DNA of 42,689 nucleotides from a virus (Duplodnaviria; Heunggongvirae; Uroviricota; Caudoviricetes): IMG/VR virus record IMGVR_UViG_2851938318_000009, positions 1 to 42,689 of that record; one strand, 5' to 3'. Shown piece by piece: positions 36,624 to 42,689 of this stretch (position 1 is its first letter; each line of letters starts with the position of its first letter). The notes under the pieces were generated by a model. It saw only the letters and a program-made list of their open reading frames with translations, ran no database searches and was not told where the DNA came from. The position numbers and the translations under genes were made by a program.

Positions 36624-36795
36624 TTTAAAGTGAATTTTGTGATGCGGTGAATGCGGCTAAGCGCACGCGGAACAGTTAAAACCAAAAACAGTGTTATGGG
36701 TGGATTCTCTGTATCCGGCGTTAATTGTTAACTGGTTAACGTCACCTGGAGGCACCAGGCACTGCATCACAAAATTCATTGTTGAGGACGCGATA

Positions 36796-36984
36796 ATGAA
36801 AACGTTATTACCAAACGTTAATACGTCTGAAGGTTGTTTTGAAATTGGTGTCACTATCAGTAACCCTGTATTTACTGAAGATGCCATTAACAAGAGAAAA
36901 CAAGAACGGGAGCTATTAAATAAAATATGCATTGTTTCAATGCTGGCTCGTTTACGTCTGATGCCAAAAGGATGTGCACAATGA
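36796..36984 (+). CDS. dicB: cell-division inhibitor DicB
   Basis: 62 aa MKTLLPNVNTSEGCFEIGVTISNPVFTEDAINKRKQERELLNKICIVSMLARLRLMPKGCAQ with GAGGA ribosome-binding site. Confidence 0.8.
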   Translation: MKTLLPNVNTSEGCFEIGVTISNPVFTEDAINKRKQERELLNKICIVSMLARLRLMPKGCAQ

Positions 36985-37172
36985 ATTCAGCATTTGCGCT
37001 TGTTCTGACAGTTTTTCTTGTTTCCGGAGAGCCAGTTGATATTGCAGTCAGTGTTCACAGGACAATGCAGGAGTGTATGACTGCAGCAACCGAACAGAAA
37101 ATTCCCGGTAACTGTTACCCGGTCGATAAAGTTATTCACCAGGATAATATCGAAATCCCGGCAGGTCTTTAA
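36981..37172 (+). CDS. ydfD: YdfD-like small membrane protein
   Basis: 63 aa MNSAFALVLTVFLVSGEPVDI…; ATGA start/stop overlap with dicB. Confidence 0.65.
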   Translation: MNSAFALVLTVFLVSGEPVDIAVSVHRTMQECMTAATEQKIPGNCYPVDKVIHQDNIEIPAGL

Positions 37173-37265
37173 AACAGTTCCGTAATAAATATCCGGTTTC
37201 ATTCTTATATGCCAGCAATGGCAGGGATTTGTTCATCCTTAAATCTGTCATGAGGTTAAAACAAA

Positions 37266-37706
37266 ATGAGTAAAGTCTTTATTTGCGCCGCTATTCCTGA
37301 CGAACTGGCAACAAGGGAAGAAGGCGCTGTGGCTGTAGCCACAGCCATTGAAGCTGGCGACGAACGCCGTGCTCGAGCAAAATTTCACTGGCAGTTCCTG
37401 GAACATTATCCGGCTGCTCAGGACTGCGCTTATAAATTTATTGTCTGCGAGGATAAACCTGGCATACCCCGCCCTGCCCTCGATTCATGGGATGCTGAAT
37501 ATATGCAGGAAAACCGCTGGGATGAGGAATCCGCTTCCTTTATTCCGGTCGAACCAGAATCCGATCCGATGAACGTCAATTTTGACAAGCTGTCCCTTGA
37601 AGTACAGAACGCGGTCCTGGTTAAGTTCGGTACATGTGAAAACATCACCGTTGATATGGCGATTGACGCGCAGGAATTACTGCAGGAAGACGTTGCTACC
37701 TTTGAC
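37266..37706 (+). pseudogene. putative exonuclease gene, 5' part (interrupted by IS629)
   Basis: 147 codons in frame with ORF 39041..41050 once IS629 and one copy of the GAC duplication are removed; the apparent stop TGA is the first 3 nt of IS629. Confidence 0.7.
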
Positions 37707-37748
37707 TGAACCGCCCCGGGTTTCCTGGAGAGTGTTTTATCTGTGAAC

Positions 37749-38639
37749 TCAGGCTGCCAGATCATCGTTTCCGATGGAAGCATAATAAGCTTTTTCTGCT
37801 TCTGCCGGAGGAGTATGGCCCAGCCTTCCCAGCAATCGTCGATTGTTATACCAGTCCACCCACGTTAGTGTGGCCAGTTCCACTTCTGCACGGTTTTTCC
37901 AGCTCTTACGGTGTATTACCTCCGCTTTGTAAAGACCATTGATGCTCTCAGCCATCGCGTTGTCATACGAGTCGCCTGTACTCCCTGTTGATGCCAGTAA
38001 TCCGGCTTCTTTTAGTCGCTCCGTATAGGCCAGTGACACATACTGAGAGCCTTTATCGCTGTGATGGATGGTGCCAGACGGACGACGGGCCCACAACGCC
38101 TGCTCCAGCGCATCCAGCACGAATGTCGTTTCCATAGACGATGAGACCCGCCACCCCACGATGTATCCGGCAAACACATCAATGATAAACGCCACATAGA
38201 CGAAGCCCTGCCATGTGCTGACGTAAGTAAAATCAGCCACCCACAGCTGGTCAGGTCGTTCTGCCACGAACTGACGGTTTACGCGGTCGCCTGCGGCAAC
38301 GGCTTTCCGGCTGATGGTCGTACGGACCTTTTTACCCCGGAGAACACCGGCAAGTCCCATAACCGCCATGAGACGTGCCACTGTACATCTGGCCACCCTG
38401 ATTCCTTCCCGTAACAACTGACGCCAGACTTTACGCACACCGTACACCTGATGATTTTCATCGTATACGCGCTGTATCTCTCTCTTCAGCCAGTCGTCGT
38501 GCTGCGCACGGGCACTGCGTTTATCCGGATGATGTCGCTGTTGCTGACAATGGTAATACGTTGACGGGGCAATATGCAGTTCGCTGCATACCGGTCCGAC
38601 CCCGTACTGCTCACGCAGCTTATCCAGCAGTGGCATCAT
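37749..38639 (-). CDS. IS629 OrfB
   Basis: identical 296-aa product to 32611..33501. Confidence 0.9.
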   Translation of the reverse strand: MMPLLDKLREQYGVGPVCSELHIAPSTYYHCQQQRHHPDKRSARAQHDDWLKREIQRVYDENHQVYGVRKVWRQLLREGIRVARCTVARLMAVMGLAGVLRGKKVRTTISRKAVAAGDRVNRQFVAERPDQLWVADFTYVSTWQGFVYVAFIIDVFAGYIVGWRVSSSMETTFVLDALEQALWARRPSGTIHHSDKGSQYVSLAYTERLKEAGLLASTGSTGDSYDNAMAESINGLYKAEVIHRKSWKNRAEVELATLTWVDWYNNRRLLGRLGHTPPAEAEKAYYASIGNDDLAA

Positions 38640-38962
38640 TTTTTCCAGAGGCGGTCGAACTCCGCCTTCGCAAAATAAGCGGAAGCCTGGCGAAGGATAT
38701 CGTTACTGCGGCGCAGTTCACGATTTTCACGTTCCAGCTCTTTCAGACGCTGACGTTCAGCGCTGGTGAGCCCACCATCACCGCCCCCGGTATCCCGCTC
38801 ATGCTGGCGAACCCAGACACGCAGAGTCTCCGGCGTACAGCCAATCTTTGGGGCAATGGAACAAATTGCCGCCCACTGTGAGTCATATTCATCCTGACTT
38901 TCCAGAACCATACGAATCGCCCGCTGACGGACTTCGGGGGAAAAACGAGTATTTTTAGTCAT
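38636..38962 (-). CDS. IS629 OrfA
   Basis: identical 108-aa product to 32288..32614. Confidence 0.9.
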   Translation of the reverse strand: MTKNTRFSPEVRQRAIRMVLESQDEYDSQWAAICSIAPKIGCTPETLRVWVRQHERDTGGGDGGLTSAERQRLKELERENRELRRSNDILRQASAYFAKAEFDRLWKK

Positions 38963-39016
38963 CCTGTTTACCTCTTTCTCAGGGAGTTTAGTCTCCAGGA
39001 TTTCCGGGGCGGTTCA

Positions 39017-41050
39017 GACGGGCATATCGTTGAAGCACTGATGAAAACGCCTGAAATTAACGCTATGTATCCGGAACGCAAACTGTTCGCTATCGGATGG
39101 GTTAAACACAAATGTAATCCGGGTGCCAAATGGCCCGAAATTCAGGCTGAATTACGTAACTGGAAAAAACGGCAGGACGCAGAGCGCAAAGAGACTGGAA
39201 AATACACGTCTGTTGTTGATCTCGCCAGCGCCAGAGTCAATCAACAGCACACTGAAAACTCAGCAGGAAAAATCAACCCAGTCACTGCCGCCATTTGTCG
39301 CGAATACAAGCAGACATGGAAAACGCTGGATGAAGAACTGGCCTACGCTCTCTGGCCTGGTGATGTGGATGCCGGAAACATTGACGGCAGCATCCATCGC
39401 TGGGCAAAAAATGAAGTTATCGACAACGACCGCGAAGACTGGAAGCGTATCTCGGCATCAATGCGCAAACAGCCTGATGCCCTTCGCTACGACCGCCAGA
39501 CTATTTTTGGCCTTGTCCGTGAACGTCCGATCGACATTCACAAAGACCCTGTGGCACTGAACAAATACATTACTGAATACCTGACTACAAAGGGCGTGTT
39601 TGAGAATGAAGAAACAGACCTGGGCACTGTTGATGTTCTCCAGTCATCAGAAACACAAACTGATGCAGTGGAAACTGAGGTATCTGATATCCCAAAAAAT
39701 GAAACCGCGCCGGAAGCTGAACCATCTGTAGAGCGTGAGGGGCCGTTCTATTTCCTCTTCGCAGATAAGGACGGAGAAAAATACGGTCGCGCAAACAAAC
39801 TTTCTGGTCTGGATAAGGCACTGGCTGCTGGCGCCACTGAAATCACAAAAGAAGAATATTTTGCCCGAAAAAATGGCACATACACGGGCTTACCGCAAAA
39901 TGTAGATACCGCTGAAGATTCAGAACAACCAGAGCCGATAAAAGTTACCGCTGACGAAGTAAACAAAATTATGCAGGCAGCCAATATCAGCCAGCCTGAC
40001 GCCGATAAGTTGCTTGCTGCATCACGTGGTGAATTTGTTGAAGGGATTAGCGACCCGAATGATCCGAAATGGGTAAAGGGGATTGAAACCCGCGATTCTG
40101 TAAACCAGAACCAGCAAGAATCGGAACAGAACGACCAGAAAGCGGAACAAAACAGCCCAAATACGCAACAAAACGAGCCAGAAACGAAACAACCTGAGCC
40201 AGTAGCGCAACAGGAACCGGAAAAAGTCTGCACCGCCTGCGGTCAGACCGGCGGCGGCAACTGCCCTGATTGTGGCGCGGTGATGGGCGACGCAACATAT
40301 CAAGAAACATTCGATGAAGAATATCAGGTTGAAGTTCAGGAAGATGATCCGGAGGAAATGGAAGGCGCTGAACATCCACACAAGGAGAACACTGGCGGCA
40401 ATCAGCATCACAATAGCGATAATGAAACTGGCGAGACGGCAGATCACTCAATTAAGGTGAACGGTCATCAAGAAATCACATCCACCAGCAGGACGTGTGA
40501 CCATCTAATGATCGACCTTGAAACCATGGGAAAAAATCCTGATGCCCCGATCATCTCAATAGGTGCAATATTTTTCGATCCGCAAACCGGAGATATGGGA
40601 CCGGAATTTAGTAAGACTATCGATCTGGAAACTGCTGGCGGAGTCATTGATCGGAACACCATTAAATGGTGGCTTAAGCAATCACGCGAAGCGCAATCTG
40701 CCATTATGACCGATGAAATCCCGTTAGATGATGCACTGTTACAATTGCGGGAATTTATCGACGAAAACTCCGGTGAATTTTTTGTTCAGGTTTGGGGAAA
40801 TGGAGCCAACTTCGACAACACGATTTTGCGCCGTTCATACGAACGGCAGGGGATCCCCTGCCCGTGGCGTTACTACAACGATCGCGATGTACGCACAATC
40901 GTTGAGCTGGGGAAAGCCATAGACTTCGATGCCAGAACGGCTATTCCATTCGAAGGTGAGCGCCATAATGCACTTGATGACGCCCGTTACCAGGCAAAAT
41001 ACGTTTCAGTTATCTGGCAAAAACTGATCCCGAGTCAGGCTGATTCTTAA
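39017..41050 (+). pseudogene. putative exonuclease gene, 3' part with DEDDh 3'-5' exonuclease domain
   Basis: C-terminal domain with DLETMG…, WGNGANFDNTIL and HNALDDARYQA (DnaQ-like DEDDh motifs); in-frame continuation of 37266..37706; track ORF begins at 39041. Confidence 0.7.
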
Positions 41051-41122
41051 TGTTCAACTGTCGCCGGTTGTGACTGGTATTCTGCAACCGGCGCTCGTCT
41101 GATGTAAGAGATAAAGAAATCG

Positions 41123-41374
41123 ATGAGCGAAGTAATCATGATTGTCTCTCCCGGCAAATGGGTATCCGAAGAGCAGTTAATTGCGCTGAAAGGAATAAAA
41201 AAAGGTACGTTAAAAAAGGCCCGGGAAAAATCGTTTATGGAAGGAAGGGAATATAAGCATGTCGCTCATGACGGTATGCCATGGGATAACAGTCCATGCT
41301 TTTACAACCTGGAAGAAATTGATCGCTGGATTGAGCGCCAGGCATCAGCGAGACCAAGACGTCATCTTACTTGA
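41123..41374 (+). CDS. xis: excisionase-like protein
   Basis: 83-aa ORF immediately upstream of the integrase gene. Confidence 0.55.
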   Translation: MSEVIMIVSPGKWVSEEQLIALKGIKKGTLKKAREKSFMEGREYKHVAHDGMPWDNSPCFYNLEEIDRWIERQASARPRRHLT

Positions 41375-41393
41375 CTAAAAGCCACACTAACTA

Positions 41394-42689
41394 ATGAGAG
41401 AAGTTGAAATGAAATATCCGACAGGCGTGGAAAACCATGGAGGGAAATTACGTATCTGGTTTGTTTATAAAGGCGTAAGAGTCAGGGAAAATCTGGGGGT
41501 TCCTGACACAGCAAAAAACAGGCGCGTTGCAGGTGAACTACGCTCCTCTGTTTGTTACGCAATAAAAACTGGTGTTTTCGACTATGCAAAACAGTTTCCC
41601 TCCTCACGCAATCTGGAAAAATTTGGTGAGGCCCGACAAGATTTAACCATAAAAGAACTGGCTGAAAAATTTCTGGCACTGAAAGAAAATGAAGTCGCCA
41701 AAACATCACTCAACACATACCGTGCCGTCATCAAAAATATCCTGAGCATAATCGGTGAAAAAAATCTTGCCTCATCGATTAATAAAGAAAAATTACTGGA
41801 GGTTCGTAAAGAGCTACTGACTGGATACCAGATCCCCAAAAGTAACTATATTGTTACACAACCAGGGAGATCGGCTGTAACTGTAAATAATTACATGACA
41901 AATCTTAACGCCGTGTTCCAGTTTGGTGTTGATAACGGTTACCTGGCAGATAATCCGTTTAAGGGGATCTCGCCATTAAAGGAATCAAGAACCATTCCGG
42001 ATCCTCTTTCGCGGGAGGAATTTATCCGTCTTATCGATGCGTGCAGAAATCAGCAAGCAAAAAATTTATGGTGTGTTTCTGTTTATACTGGCGTTCGCCC
42101 TGGTGAGCTGTGTGCACTTGGATGGGAGGACATAGATCTGAAAAATGGAACAATGATGATCAGGAGAAATTTAGCAAAAGACCGTTTCACGGTACCAAAA
42201 ACACAGGCGGGAACCAATCGGGTCATTCATCTTATTAAGCCAGCAATCGACGCTCTCCGGAGTCAGATGACATTAACGAGACTGAGTAAAGAGCATATCA
42301 TTGATGTTCACCTCAAAGAGTATGGCAGAACAGAAAAACAAAAATGCACCTTTGTTTTTCAACCTGAAGTGTCAGCGAGAGTAAAAAATTATGGTGACCA
42401 TTTTACCGTTGACTCAATAAGGCAGATGTGGGACGCAGCGATAAAACGTGCCGGACTCCGCCATCGAAAATCATATCAGTCGAGACATACTTATGCCTGC
42501 TGGTCGCTGACAGCTGGTGCTAACCCGGCATTTATAGCAAACCAGATGGGCCATGCAGATGCGCAAATGGTATTTCAGGTATACGGAAAATGGATGTCTG
42601 AAAACAATAATGCACAGGTAGCTTTGTTAAATACACAGTTAAGCGAGTTTGCCCCAACCATGCCCCATAACGAAGCAATAAAAAATTAA
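41394..42689 (+). CDS. int: tyrosine site-specific integrase
   Basis: 431 aa; catalytic-domain motifs …SRHTYACWSL… and …GHADAQMVFQVYGKW… (R-H-R-Y pattern); alternative ATG at 41409; stop at the window end. Confidence 0.85.
   Translation: MREVEMKYPTGVENHGGKLRIWFVYKGVRVRENLGVPDTAKNRRVAGELRSSVCYAIKTGVFDYAKQFPSSRNLEKFGEARQDLTIKELAEKFLALKENEVAKTSLNTYRAVIKNILSIIGEKNLASSINKEKLLEVRKELLTGYQIPKSNYIVTQPGRSAVTVNNYMTNLNAVFQFGVDNGYLADNPFKGISPLKESRTIPDPLSREEFIRLIDACRNQQAKNLWCVSVYTGVRPGELCALGWEDIDLKNGTMMIRRNLAKDRFTVPKTQAGTNRVIHLIKPAIDALRSQMTLTRLSKEHIIDVHLKEYGRTEKQKCTFVFQPEVSARVKNYGDHFTVDSIRQMWDAAIKRAGLRHRKSYQSRHTYACWSLTAGANPAFIANQMGHADAQMVFQVYGKWMSENNNAQVALLNTQLSEFAPTMPHNEAIKN

Larger units (their letters stand above)
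37707..39016 (-). mobile_element. IS629 (IS3 family), copy 2, inverted relative to copy 1
   Basis: 1310 bp with the same termini; flanked by a 3-bp direct repeat GAC (37704-37706 and 39017-39019). Confidence 0.9.

Overview
The window is almost entirely one lambdoid prophage of a pathogenic (EHEC/EPEC-like) Escherichia coli, and it looks defective. The late operon runs right-to-left on the minus strand. From the right edge: tyrosine integrase and excisionase, a putative ~824-aa DEDDh exonuclease gene split by an IS629 copy, and a Qin-like immunity region (dicA/dicC-like switch, ydfA-like ORF, DicF sRNA, dicB, ydfD). Next come a 3'-truncated O-like replication gene with internal iterons, a second inverted IS629 copy, and a gene remnant. 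No Q, P or nin genes were recognised. The late region follows on the minus strand: NanS-p esterase, a pinholin/SAR-endolysin/Rz-Rz1 lysis cassette, HNH endonuclease, small and large terminase, an HK97-type head module (protease-capsid fusion, portal with a tandem-repeat extension, connector proteins), a lambda-type tail module (V, G/GT, H, M, L, K, I, J, Lom, Stf) and three tandem nleG effector genes at the left edge. Tape-measure gene H is interrupted by an IS91-family element. The most interesting non-coding candidates are an AgvB-like CA-rich sRNA upstream of nanS-p, a promoter-plus-terminator unit in the I-J gap, and two paralogous plus-strand terminator units between nanS-p and the holin. 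No CRISPR array, rRNA or tRNA was recognised. All calls are from reading the sequence and ORF track by eye; no database search was run, and hand-indexed non-CDS coordinates may be off by a few bases.
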